Positions 45,052 through 62,360 of a DNA stretch of 64,000 bases are shown here, in pieces; the stretch's first letter is position 1; every line of letters starts with the position of its first letter. The stretch lies in NCBI RefSeq assembly GCF_009914755.1, contig NC_060943.1, one strand, 5' to 3'. The position numbers were made by a program, and so were the translations under genes. The stretch comes from the human T2T-CHM13v2.0 reference genome, Homo sapiens. The notes under the pieces were generated by a model. That model saw only the letters and a program-made list of their open reading frames with translations. It searched no databases and was not told the DNA's origin.

Positions 45052-45501
45052 TAGTTTTAGTATAAGAGACAGGGTTTCACCATGTTGGCCAGGCTGATCT
45101 TGAATTCCTGACCTCAGGTGATCTGCCTAACTCGGCCTTCCAAAGTGCTGGGATTACAGGTGTGAACCACCACACCTGGCCAGGAGGCTTCTTAGACATT
45201 GTTTTCCTAAACTCCTACCCCTAGGTCATGAAATGTCAATTTCACTGATACACTATCTATGTGCCATATCCGTGCTTTATGTATCAAAAGAGTACGATTT
45301 TTTTTCAACCTCCCAAGAAGCAGTTTTTCCCTCTTGGCCAAATGTCTCCAAGCACTGTTGGTGGCCATATTAGAAACAGAAAGAATTGTTTTTTGTGTGT
45401 TTTGTTTTACATTAAGTGTATTAATAAAATAGGTATACTTTAACGGAGTATGTTATATATAATTTTCTATATAATGGAGCTGTTTCTGTTTTACTTTTTA
45501 G

Positions 45502-45621
45502 CATCCGAGTTGTAGTAGAATCGTTTATGCAGCTTCCCTATAGAGCAAAAAAATTCAGCCTGTACTGCACAAAGCCTGTCACATTACACATTGACTTCTG
45601 CCGAGACAGTACTGACATTGT
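45502..45621 (+). CDS. TDRD12: TDRD12 coding exon 4
   Basis: tttttag|CATCCGAGTT...ATT GT|gtaagt; 120 nt (N)[18 protein letters not shown]...STDI(V). Confidence 0.95.
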
Positions 45622-46448
45622 GTAAGTACAGTTTCTTAAGTCCTTCGAATCATTAGTAAAAGCCTTCTATCAAGTGCACGATCTTTGTATGAAGTCAGTT
45701 CCTCTGTAGAAGTGCTGAGCAGGAGGTCTCTGTTCTTCAGGAGGGGCTTCTGAGTCAGTGTTTGTCTGACCTGGCTGTGGTTGAGGGGGTTTGGAGCAGG
45801 GCCTGAGCTCTGTGCTTCTTGCCTTTGTTTCAAACTTACAAAAAGTAATAAATTAACTGTAAAGAAAAATATTCATAAAACATAGGATCATGGAGTATTA
45901 TACATGTGTACACGCGCACGCGCGCACGGTCTCACCCTTTTGCCCGGGCTGTAGTGCAGTTGCATGATCATGGCTCATTGCAGCTTCACCCTCCTGGGTT
46001 CCAGCAATCCTCCTACCTCAGCCTCCCAAATAGCTGGGACTACAGGCACATGCCACCATACCCAGCTAACTCCCCTCCCCTCCCCTCCCCCACTCCCTCT
46101 CCCCACCGCCCCTCCGCTCTCCTCCCCTGCTCCCTTCTTGCTTTCTTTTTTTGAGATAGGGTCTCACTATCTTGCCCAGGCTAGTTTCAAACTTCTGGGC
46201 TTAAGCGATCCTCTCACCTTGGCCTCCCAAAGTGCTGGGATTCCAGGCATGAACCACTGTGCTGGGCCCATGGAGCATTATAAAAGAGTCCATTGCAATT
46301 TTCTCCAGGCCCACATCTTTCCTCCTGGGAGGCCTCTGTGATCTTTTCCAGCTCTGAACTTGCAGGCCTTTGTCAGTGCTTTTACACACACTTATCTATG
46401 TGGAGCTTTTAACGAAAATTAGAACATACTGTCCTATTTGCAGAATTA

Positions 46449-47355
<907 letters not shown>

Positions 47356-48320
47356 CTAGTGTTTGTACAGGACAGATCCCTGCCCTGGGCAGTTCCCTCT
47401 CGGGTGCGGGCGCCATGTCTGCTGTCTTGAATGAGCACTACCGAGTGGCCTGACTTCTGCCTCCTGTGGTCTGTAGAGACATCAGCCCCATCCTCCCACC
47501 CGGTGCTCCTCCTCTTCTCCCTTCCCGGGACGATGGCATTATGGAAGGAAAAGCCACAGGGAGCAGTCCAGTTCTGACTCCACTGGCATGCCATGTTGCA
47601 CTGTGTACTCTGAACTCAGAAGCTGCCTTCATGGGCTGTTTGGTGACCTTCCCATTCTCCACTCACCCCAGCCCCCACAGTTTCCTTGTGGTGGTGAGTG
47701 CATCACTCTTGCGGCTGGCGTGGCATCTACACTGATGTGAGGATAAGTCCCTGCTGAGGCCAATGCGCCCTACCAGGCCGCCCTCCAGCCAGCCCCCCCC
47801 ACTACTCACCGAAGGCTCTGGGAGTGGGATTTGCTGCACACAGCAGCCCCTGCCCCCTGTACTGCCCTCTTTCAGAGCGGCCCACTGCCCACCCTTCAGG
47901 CATGATTGGGGCCCCTGTGTGTGCAACCCAGCTCCCCTCAGAGGCAGTTGGTCCTGTCTTTCTTGACCTTCTCTGCATGGGCTCTTCCCAGAACAAATGT
48001 GGGCTTCCGGGCCCTTCCCCACCCAACCTAGGATGCCCCCAGGGAAGGGCCTACTGGGGTTTGGTCACCTTCTTTGACATCTGATGCCTTTGTGTTTGTG
48101 TTTTATGCAGAACACCCTTTTAACGTGTGTATTACAGTTTTACAGATTTTGTCAAATTCCCCTTCAAAAAGACTAGCAATTTATACTGCCATCATTGGGG
48201 TATGGAAAGCACTGTTATTCCCACACAATATTGAATATCGTTAGACTTTCTAATTTCTGCTTGTTTGCTCAGTAAAAATGGTATTTTTATTTTTCTGACT
48301 TGCAAAGCTGTCACATGTAT

Positions 48321-48510
48321 TCATGTGATTATTGTGTATGTGTGAAAGAGGGAGAGAGAGAGAATGGCTGATGTGGTTATTCTGTGTGTGTGAGAGAGAG
48401 GGAGAGACTGGCTGATGTGGTTATTCTGTGTGTGACAGAGAGTGGGAGAGAGACTGGCTGATGTGGTTATTCTGTGTGTGTGTGAGAGAGAGAGACTGGC
48501 TGATGTCATT

Positions 48511-48542
<32 letters not shown>

Positions 48543-49595
48543 AGGAGAGAGACTGGCTGATGTGGTTATTCTGTGTGTGTGAGAGAGAGAGTCTGGCTGA
48601 TGTGGTTATTCTGTGTGTGACAGAGAGTGGGAGAGAGACTGGCTGATGTGGTTATTCTGTGTGTGTGTGTGAGAGAGAGAGAGACTGGCTGATGTGGTCA
48701 TTCTGTGTGTGTGTGTGTGTGAGAGAGAGAAGGAGAGAGACTGGCTGATGTGGTTATTCTGTGTGTGTGAGAGAGAGAGTCTGGCTGATGTGGTTATTCT
48801 GTGTGTGACAGAGGGGGAGAGAGACTGGCTGATGTGGTTATTCTGTGTGAGAGAGACGGGGAGAGAGACTGGCTGAAGTGGTTATTCTGTGTGTGAGAGA
48901 GACGGGGAGACTGGCTGATGTGGTTATTCTGTGTGTGAGAGAGAGAGAGAGTCTGGCTGATGTGGTTATTCTGTGTGTGTGAGAGAGAGAGAGTCTGGCT
49001 GATGTGGTTATTCTGTGTGTGACAGAGGGGGAGAGAGACTGGCTGATGTGGTTATTCTGTGTGTGACAGAGAGGGGGAGAGAGACTGGCTGATGTGGTTA
49101 TTCTGTGTGTGACAGAGAGGGGGAGAGAGACTGGCTGATGTGGTTATTCTGTGTGTGACAGAGAGGGGGAGAGAGACTGGCTGATGTGGTTATTCTGTGT
49201 GTGACAGAGAGGGGGAGAGAGACTGGCTGATGTGGTTATTCTGTGTGTGACAGAGACGGGGAGAGAGACTGGCTGATGTGGTTATTCTGTGTGTGTGAGA
49301 GAGAGAGAGTCTGGCTGATGTGGTTATTCTGTGTGTGTGAGAGAGAGAGTCTGGCTGATGTGGTTATTCTGTGTGTGACAGAGGGGGAGAGAGACTGGCT
49401 GATGTGGTTATTCTGTGTGTGACAGAGAGGGGGAGAGAGACTGGCTGATGTGGTTATTCTGTGTGTGAGAGAGACGGGGAGAGAGACTGGCTGATGTGGT
49501 TATTCTGTGTGTGAGAGAGACGGGGAGAGAGACTGGCTGATGTGGTTATCCTGTGTGTGTGAGAGAAGGAGAGAGACTGGCTGATGTGGTTATTC

Positions 49596-49629
<34 letters not shown>

Positions 49630-49898
49630 GGAGAGACTGGCTGATGTGGCTATTCTGTGAGAGAGAGAGAGGGGGAGAGACTGGCTGAGGTGGTTATTCT
49701 GTGAGAGAGAGGAGGGGAGAGACTGGCTGAGGTGGTTATTCTGTGAGAGAGGAGGGGAGAGACTGGCTGAGGTGGTTATTCTGTGTGTGTGAGAGAGGGA
49801 GAGTGACTGGCTGATGGGGTTATTCTGTGTGTGTGAGAGAGGGGGAGAGAGACTGACTCATGTGGTTATTCTGTGTGAGAGAGGGAGAGACTGGCTGA
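48321..49898. repeat. Compound minisatellite: constant CTGGCTGATGTGGTTATTCT core plus variable (TG)n(GA)n spacer, about 35 copies
   Basis: Counted about 35 cores; unit length roughly 38-56 bp. Confidence 0.97.
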
Positions 49899-51196
49899 TT
49901 TACTTGTTCATATGTTAGATTGGGTTTTCTCTTGGGTTGTTTGCCTTTTCATTATTAGTAATCTACTACATTTTTCTTTTTTAAAAAAGCTAATTATTAG
50001 GTAATTCTTTGTGTGTAACAAGGTTTTAGAACCACTGCCTTTACTGCCTTTTAGAAATCCTTTGTAATTCTCTTGAATTGTTTAATATCTTTCTTATAAG
50101 AATAAAAATAACCAACATTTTTGAGTAATGATTATGTCCAGGCACTGGGCTAAGTGTTCTATGTACATTATCTCATTTGATCTTTAAAAGAATTCTTGGA
50201 GGATGGTGGTGGCATCTCTGGTACATAAAATCAGAAGAAACATAGAACATCATTCTGACCTGACATTTTATTTTTTTCCTTGCTTCCAAGTTTCTCCTCT
50301 TTCCCCACTGCCTACAGCTTTTCCTACAATTTTCTTTGCAAAGCATAAGAAAGATGTAGAAAGGACAAGATGACAGGGGTAAAATGGGAGCCAGTGAGAG
50401 GGCGCTAGGGTCAGCAGAGTGAGGAACAGTAGTTTTATAGTAGCCGAGACCCAGTGCGTTAGCTCACGCCTGTAATCCCAGCACTTTGGGAGGCCAAGGC
50501 AGGAGAATCACTTGAGCCCAGGAGTTTGAGACCAGCCTGAGCAACATAGCTAGACCCTCTCTCTATTAAAAAAAAAATTTTTTTTAATCGCTGAGTGTGG
50601 TGGGGCACACCTGTAGTCCTAGCTACTCAGGAGGCTGAGATGAGAGGATCCCTTGAGCCCAGGAGTTCAAGGCTGCAATGAGCTGTGTTCATGCCACTGC
50701 ACTCCAGCCTGGATAACAGAGAGAGACCCTGTCTCAAAAAAACAAAATGAAACAAAGATAGTATCTGGCTCTCCCATGACTGCCTGTGAGGGTGTCGGTG
50801 TACCAGCATGTGTCGCGCCCTCTCTGTGCCAGACTGTGTTAGACACCCCACACTCAGGATCCCTGTCCCAGGAGCTTGTGTTCTGGTTGAGGAGACTGAT
50901 TTGTCTGGGGATGGTGGTGGTGTGACAGACAGTGCAGTGGTGAGCACAGGTTGGTCTCAGTGGGGCCTCTGTGCTATGAGTCTGCACCGGTGCAGGTGAC
51001 AGTGTTGAGACGAGCGTGTTGCAGGATGCAGTGGGATCCTCACCCCCAGAGCAGGGCCAGTGCCAGGTGCCCCATCATCTGCATCACGTGTTCCATATGT
51101 AGTGTGAGAAATGTCCAGTGCATGGTTTACAAAATGCTGTTGGTGTGCTAGCCTCAGATTTTTATGTAATGGAGTTGCATCTGTTCACTGTTCCAG

Positions 51197-51252
51197 ACCT
51201 GCCAAGAAGTGGGACAATGCAGCTATTCAGTACTTTCAGAACCTTCTGAAAG
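51197..51252 (+). CDS. TDRD12: TDRD12 coding exon 5
   Basis: ttccag|ACCTGCC...AAA G|gtaagc; 56 nt PAKKWDNAAIQYFQNLLK. Confidence 0.94.
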
Positions 51253-52504
51253 GTAAGCCAGTGCCTGATCACTGCAGCCTGCCTGGAAGTGACACCCACA
51301 GAGGCCTCAGCTTCTGCTGCTGGCGGGGGTTGGAGATGCCCCTGTTGGCCAAACGGCCCTCCTCAGAGGAGTTCCCTAAGCTACCTGGGGCTTCCTCCAG
51401 CTCAAGTGCCACAGTAACTCTGCACCCCTAGTGGCAGTGGATGTCAGTAATTGACAGCTGAGATCAGCAGGGGGCTGTTTGTGCAGGGGAACCCTTACAC
51501 AGTAATAATACCTGCCTCTTCGTTTGCATAAAAGCTGCGGCGCTGCAAAATAAATTCATGTGGATTTTATTGTACCAGCAATTGATGAAAAACCTAGCAT
51601 TTTTAGTGAGCAAGAGATAGTAAATGGATATTTATTGTGTAATATTCATTACTTCTAATTTAAGATGCATAAAATGTCTTCAGCTGTTCTTTTTATTTTA
51701 TATCAGTGACTATAAACAGTGTCTTTTGTGGGATCTGTCTTAACCTCTGGCAGTCAGATACCTGGTTTTAGTGAGAGGGTTGGTGGATGGGAAACACCTG
51801 GGGTGCTGCCTGGTGCCTCGTTGGGTCCTGGCCCCACTCCTGTGCTGTGTCATCATCTGGGTAGAGGAGGAGCCAGACCCTTTGACCTGGGAGCAGTGGG
51901 AGGCTGGGAGGTCACTGTGACTGGAGTTTTGGCCCCTGTGAGCCATGGGGGCTGCTGGGAGATGAGAATGCGGGTCTGGAGGAGGCCGGCCACTTAGTCC
52001 TCAGTGGCTCAGGCAAGTGACTTAGCCTCTGAGCCTGGTCTCCTCACCTGTGACATGACCACTGTACTTAACCTTGAAGGTAGTGGTAAGAACTCAGCGA
52101 AAGAAGGTTTCTAAAGGACTTAGCACAGCACCTGGTAGGTGGCAGTGATGCTGCTGCTGCGGGGTTTTGAGTCTCTAAGGGAGTAGCCGGGTGCTGCACT
52201 CCGTGGGGCTTTGCAGGGTAGAATGGACCTCAGATGAAGGCCTGGGACTGGAAATCTGGGTTTGGGAGGCATGGAGAAGAGAGGACCACAGGGTGGCACA
52301 GGAACCTGTTGACAGGGACAGGACCCATAATCCACTCCACAATCAGGAGTGCCTTTTCCTAACATGCTCCCCCTGGTCCTGCCCGAGGAAGACATTTGGG
52401 CACTCTTAAGTGGTTAGCAGAGGTTACTAGGTGGGAAATCGTCATGATTGTTTCAAATATACTTTTAACATCAGCTGATTTGTGTTTTCATTTATGCTAT
52501 TTAG

Positions 52505-52590
52505 CAACTACCCAGGTGGAAGCCAGATTATGTGCTGTGGAAGAAGATACATTTGAGGTTTACCTTTATGTAACTATAAAAGATGAAAAA
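52505..52590 (+). CDS. TDRD12: TDRD12 coding exon 6
   Basis: ctatttag|CAACTACC...GAAAAA|gtaagt; 86 nt (A)[28 protein letters not shown]. Confidence 0.95.
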
Positions 52591-53149
52591 GTAAGTGAAA
52601 GAATTGTATTTTTATAATATTTCATCATTTTAAATTTTACTTTAATAAAACAGAATAAATGCCAAGAAAAACACTGTAGTTCGTACAGCATAGAAATTGT
52701 CTTAATCTCTTAAGGTCTATCTTAGACCCGAAGTTAGCCAGGTCTGTGTTTTCTTCTTTTGATTACTTTAAAAAATGACTTTGGCATTTTATTTAAACAT
52801 GGTCAAGAAATTATTCCTATAGTGATGAGCATGAAATGTTGTTTTCTTCTCAGGGAACATGATTTTTATAAATATACTAATTTGCTGTAGCGTTAGTTCA
52901 CTGCCTTTCCCCCTAGACTTTCTCACTGTATGTAACGTGCTTGCTGTAAATAATTCAGATCACAAGCAGAAAGAAAGCGGACATCATATGTGAGTGGCCC
53001 CTACCTCTGCCAGGTGCCAGCTGCTAGCATTTTGGCCTCTGCCCTTTCTGAAGGATGGCTCAGGGCACACCTCAGCACCAGGCAGAGGTGGACAGAAGGG
53101 GCACACATCCAGGGCTGCTCAGAGCCCATGGAGGGTACCTTAACCATGG

Positions 53150-56860
<3,711 letters not shown>

Positions 56861-57416
56861 GACTTTTCATTACTTATTTTATAACTTAGTAAAAATACCA
56901 AAATCAGCCAAAGGCTGTGACTTACACCTGTTTAATCCCAGCACTTTGGGAGGCTGATGTGGGTGGATTGCTTGAGCTCCGGAGTTTGAGACCATCCTGG
57001 GCAACATGGTGAAACCTTGTCTCTACAAAAAATACAAAAATTAGCTAGGTGTGATGGCTTGCACCTGTAGTCCTAGCTACTTGGGAGGCTGAGGTGGGAG
57101 GATCACTTGTGCCTGGGAGGCAGAGAGCCAAGATCACACCACTGCACTCCAGTCTGGGTGACAGAGCAAGACCCTGTCTCAAAAACAAACAAAAAAAACC
57201 GCCAAAATATTGGCTGCAGAACCAGTCGTTTTTTTTCATTTTTTTAAACCTGAGAGATCTATCCTGTAAGGACCAGTCTTGTAAAATATCTTTTTTTCAA
57301 ATAAATTCTCTATAAACTTGCTTTCTTCTTGCTTTTCAAAAGTAGATCTCTTTCTAACCATGTAGGTTGTATGTTGATAATGACTCTATCTTTTTTTTTT
57401 TTTTTTTTTTTTTTGA

Positions 57417-57620
<204 letters not shown>

Positions 57621-58712
57621 TAAAGTGCAGAAGGCAGGGAGGTTCGTGCTTAGCTGAGAGAGCTTATAATGCATGCATGAGATCATAACTGCCGGAGGAA
57701 AAAATGTGGGCCAGCAATCCTTTACCAGCTCCCAAAGGTGGCAACAGGATGTGTCCCAAGGTGTTTTCTTTTTTGGTCTGGCTTCTTTCATTTGGCAAAA
57801 TTATTTTAAGATGCATCCACGTTTGTTGTTGTTGCCAAGTCCTCTTCCATTGTGTGGATATACTACAGTGTATTTACCCATTAACTCGTTGATGGATATT
57901 TGGGTTGTGGCCATAGGCCCCTTACAGATATTTATGTACAAGTCTTCCTGTGGATCTGTGCTTTCATTTCTCTCGAGCATTACCTAGGAGTCAAACTTTT
58001 GGATCATATTGTAGGTATTAAGAAGCTGCCATATTGTTTTCCAAAGTGGTGGACTATTTTACCTTCCCATCAGCAATGAGAGTTCTAGTTCCTCCATGTC
58101 ACTTGTGTAAACATTCGGCTAAGTGTGCAGTAGCACCTCATTGTGGTTTAAATTTGCGTTTCCCTAATGATGGTTTTATATGCTTATTTGCAATCTTCAG
58201 ACTTTGATGAAGCAGACATTCAGATTGTTTGCCCATATTTTAATTGTGTTGATTTCGTTTTATTGAGTTTTGAGAGTTCCTTATATATTCTGGATACATG
58301 TCATCCGGATACTTGATTTTAAAAGAATTTTGCCTCATCTGTTTATTCTCTTGAAGAACAGAAATTTAAAATTTTGAGCAAATCCAATGTAACAGTCTTT
58401 CCTTTGATGGTTCGTGTTTTGTCTCTGTCCTCCCACCAGGCTTTTGCCTGGCCAGGTAGTTTTAGTGCTACAGTGCGTATGTCCAAGAAGACATCTCATG
58501 TGTTTCACACAGATGCTTGCTGTTTTTCCTCATCAGGATTGGTGGGAAGTATTTGGTTTACCAGAGCAGGAGTCAAATCTGTTTCTCTCAGATTATGTTC
58601 TGTAAAATAATTTCTCTGAAGGTAGAACTTTGGGGTTAAGTTTGGAATATTTCCTTTAAAATCGCTTGACTATATTTGTCTTATTAGTCATGAAATGTTT
58701 AAAATTTTACAG

Positions 58713-58902
58713 GTTTGTGTTAATGATGATCTTGTTGCAAAGAACTATGCTTGTTATATGTCACCTACAAAGAATAAAAACCTTGATTATTTAGAAAAAC
58801 CAAGATTGAATATAAAATCAGCACCCTCCTTCAATAAACTCAATCCAGCACTTACACTCTGGCCAATGTTTTTGCAAGGAAAAGATGTTCAAGGAATGGA
58901 AG
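58713..58902 (+). CDS. TDRD12: TDRD12 coding exon 7
   Basis: ttttacag|GTTTGTG...GAA G|gtgagt; 190 nt VCVNDDLVAKNYACYMSP...GKDVQGME. Confidence 0.95.
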
Positions 58903-59063
58903 GTGAGTAGATTCTCATCATATCAATTTCCCTTACATTGTTTTATTAATAATCTTAGTGTATAGATATAAGTTGTACAGACTTTTCCCCACATGGAGAC
59001 AAAGACTTGGACTCTGTTTAAAGTTTAATCCTGATGAGGCTGTGACACATTGTAAGGTCTTAA

Positions 59064-59345
<282 letters not shown>

Positions 59346-59758
59346 TGATCCGCCTGTCTCAGCCTCCCAAAGTGCTGGGATTACAGGCGTGACACCGCGC
59401 CCGGCCTCAATTTCTTATTAACATTGAGTTATGTTGTTAGAAGTCCAAATGTTTGCAATTTAGAGATACTAAGAAAACAAATTTTGAATATTTAGACTTT
59501 AGACACCTTTAAAAAAAAGAGCTATTTATCACAAATAACCCTTAGCATAAAAATATAAGAGCTAGTCACGGATTGTGGAAATAATTTCCAATGTTTCTGT
59601 CCACATCCAGTTTTTAGTCCCCTCACCTTGTGTCCCCTAGTCAGGTTTCCTGTAACCTCAGAGCAAAAGCAAGAGCAGAAGTAATGTACTAACGAGTTCA
59701 CATTTTTATTTTGGGCTTTATTTCATGCTTTAATTCTGAAATTTATTCTTTCTATCAG

Positions 59759-59851
59759 ATTCACATGGTGTAAATTTTCCGGCACAATCTCTGCAACATA
59801 CATGGTGCAAGGGTATTGTCGGTGACCTCAGGCCAACAGCCACAGCACAGG
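59759..59851 (+). CDS. TDRD12: TDRD12 coding exon 8 (gene continues beyond window)
   Basis: ctatcag|ATTCACAT...CAG G|gtgagt; 93 nt (D)SHGVNFPAQSLQHTWCKGIVGDLRPTATAQ. Confidence 0.93.
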
Positions 59852-60360
59852 GTGAGTTCTGCTAATGTGGTTTATTTCATAGGCAGCATGAAAAAAATAT
59901 TCTTAGCTTTTTAAAGATTAGAAAGGTTGTCTAGAAAGGCCATGGTAATTCTTTCTCTTTTCTTAATTTAATGTAACCAATTTGTGATGTAGATCCTGAA
60001 AGAGTTCATGTGTCCTGCATTTCATACTTAGAAATTTTACTGTCACGTAAAGAACATAACAGGCACCAGTTCATGTGCAGGACTGATTTATTCCAGCCTA
60101 GCCATCGACCAGTAATCACTGTCTGTCCCTAGAGTGTACATATGTATTTATTATTGATTTTTCACTTAGGCAACAGGATGCATAAAAATAGGGAAGACAT
60201 GCTTATGAGGGCAGAAATACGTAGTTTTAAATTCCAGTCTTCAAGATATTTAATGAATTGGAATTGCTGGGTGAGGGTGAAATTTTTCAGCCCCTTTGAT
60301 GACTGGCTCGCCCTCTGTGGTGGTTCCTCCACCATTTCCCTCTTATGCTGGATGTGTGTC

Positions 60361-60536
60361 CAGGAAGGCCTCACTTCATGTCTTGGATAGGTTCTTGGAA
60401 ACTGACTTTAAGTGAAACAATGTTATAACGAAACAACCTTGAGCAAAGCAACTTAATTTGAGGGGCTGCTGTACTTTGTTTCCCTTAAATCTGTGGTTTC
60501 CAAGAACCTACTGATGAGTCAAGTGAGGACTTACTG
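60361..60536. mobile_element. Palindromic MER6-type (Tigger) MITE
   Basis: ~60-bp imperfect inverted arms (ATAGGTTCTTGGAAAC / GTTTCCAAGAACCTAC; ends GTGAGGACTTACTG). Confidence 0.65.
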
Positions 60537-60664
60537 ATACCTGTGGGTGTAATATTTCATGTGTATCCATAGTAAACCACAACTACATTAAAGCTTTAGC
60601 CAACTAAAATATTTCCTGTACTTCAGATTATTTTCAATTACTTTGGTAATGTTGCTTATCATAG

Positions 60665-61313
60665 AGAAAGAAAGATACAAAGGGTTTTTCTCAGCCACTT
60701 TGCCAACTAGGGTCCTCCATGGCTGGCAGTGCCCACCCCGTCCCCGACCTGGGCCTCACTCAGCCCTGGGCCTGGCCGCTGGAGGCTCCCTACCCACTCA
60801 GCCCATCTGTGCTATAGATTGTATCCGCATTTGGCAGTTCCCAAGCTCTTGTCCTGTGTCCAAGAAGAATAAGGTTATGCTGACAGAAGGGTGAGGATGG
60901 GCAGAGAAGAATTTTATGGAGCGATGGAATAGCTCTCAGTGTAACCTCATTCTTCTTGGATGGGTGGTTTCTCTCTCAGTGTGTCCGGGCTGGCACTTTT
61001 TATGGACTCAGAATGGGGAGTGCCTGCTGATTGGTTAGTGAGTATGCAAAAAAGGTTAAAGCAAACACACCACTCAAAGGTGGGTATAGCAGTGTAGAAA
61101 ACCAACTAGGAAAGGGTAGGTGCATATGAAATAAGTGAAAGGTAGACATCAATCAGAGGAAAAAATGCCAAACGGAAAGACAGTTTCTCAATCCAGTCTG
61201 TGTATTACCCGAGACTTGTAGCTAGGCTTTAAACTGGTTTCTGCTTGAAAATTGGTTTTCACCAGGGACCCACCCCATCTCGCTAGGCATTTGACTGCCT
61301 TTTGCTGCTATCA
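60665..61313 (-). mobile_element. ERV1-class solo LTR, LTR27/LTR28-like
   Basis: Minus strand begins TGATAGCAGCAAAAGGCAGTCAAATGCCTAG; CCAATCAGC box followed by CCATAAAAAG TATA-like motif; left boundary approximate. Confidence 0.6.
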
Positions 61314-61680
61314 ATAGCCCAGATTGTAAAAACCTGTCATCTCACTAACTGCTTTTTAAAATTGTAGAGTCAGGGCCAGGTGCAGTGGCTCACACCTGTA
61401 ATCCCAGCACCTTGGGAGGTCAAGGCTGGCAGATCACTTGATGCTGGCAGTTCAAGACCAGCCTGGCCAATATGGTGAAACCCCGTCTCTGCTAAAACTA
61501 CAAAAATTAGCTGGATGTGGTTGCACATGCCTGTAGTCCCAGCTACTCGGGAGGCTGAGGCAGGAGAATTGCTTGAACTGGGAGGTGGAGGTTGCAGTGA
61601 GCCAAGATTATGTCATTGCACTCCAGCCTGGATGACAGAGTGAGACTCTGTCTCAGAAAACAAAATAAAATAAAATTGTA

Positions 61681-62360
61681 GGCTGGGCACGGTGGCTCAT
61701 GCCTGTAATCCTAGCACTTTGGGAGACCGACACAGGTGGATCACCTGAGATCAGGAGTTTGAGACCAGCCTGGCCAACATGGTGAAACCCCGTCTCTACT
61801 AAAAATACAAAAATTAGCCAGGCATGGTGGCGTGTGCCTGTAGTCCCAGCTACTCAAGAACTTATTTGCTGCATGATGAAATGAGAAACTAGGATGTAAA
61901 AAGGAGGAGTGAACCCTGTAGACTCTTTTGCATTGAAGGTAAGGGTGGCAACACAGTGTAGAGAGAACAGGCTCGGGGCTAGAAGCCAGGAGACATGTGT
62001 TCTAATCCTGGGTCTACCACTGGCTTGGTGGGAGCCTCGACCTTCCAAGAGCCTGCAACTGCCCATATGTACACGGAGGGGAGGTAGGGGTAGACTAGAA
62101 GGCCCCTGGAGTTCTAGCATGTCTCAGTCTGGGAATTTTTTTTTTTTTTGAGACGGGGTCTTGCTCGGTTGCCCAGGCTTGATTGCAGTAGTGTGATCAC
62201 AGCTCACTGCAGCCTCAACCTCCTGGCCTCAAAGGAGGCTGCGGCAGGAGAATCACTTGAACCCAGGAGGCAGAGGTTTCAGTGAACCAAGATTGTGCCA
62301 CTGCACTCCAGCCTGGGCGAGTGAGACTCCGGCTGAAAAATAAACACAATAAAATAAAAT
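61681..62360 (+). mobile_element. AluS split into two halves (61681-61856, 62234-~62345) by a 377-bp insert
   Basis: ...CCCAGCTACTCA | GGAGGCTGCGGCAGGAGAATC... rejoin seamlessly; shared AAAATAAAAT flanks. Confidence 0.85.

Noticed and set aside
48321-49898. CRISPR-like repeat/spacer appearance
   Set aside because: Spacers are related low-complexity TG/GA runs, the DNA is primate intron and there are no cas genes
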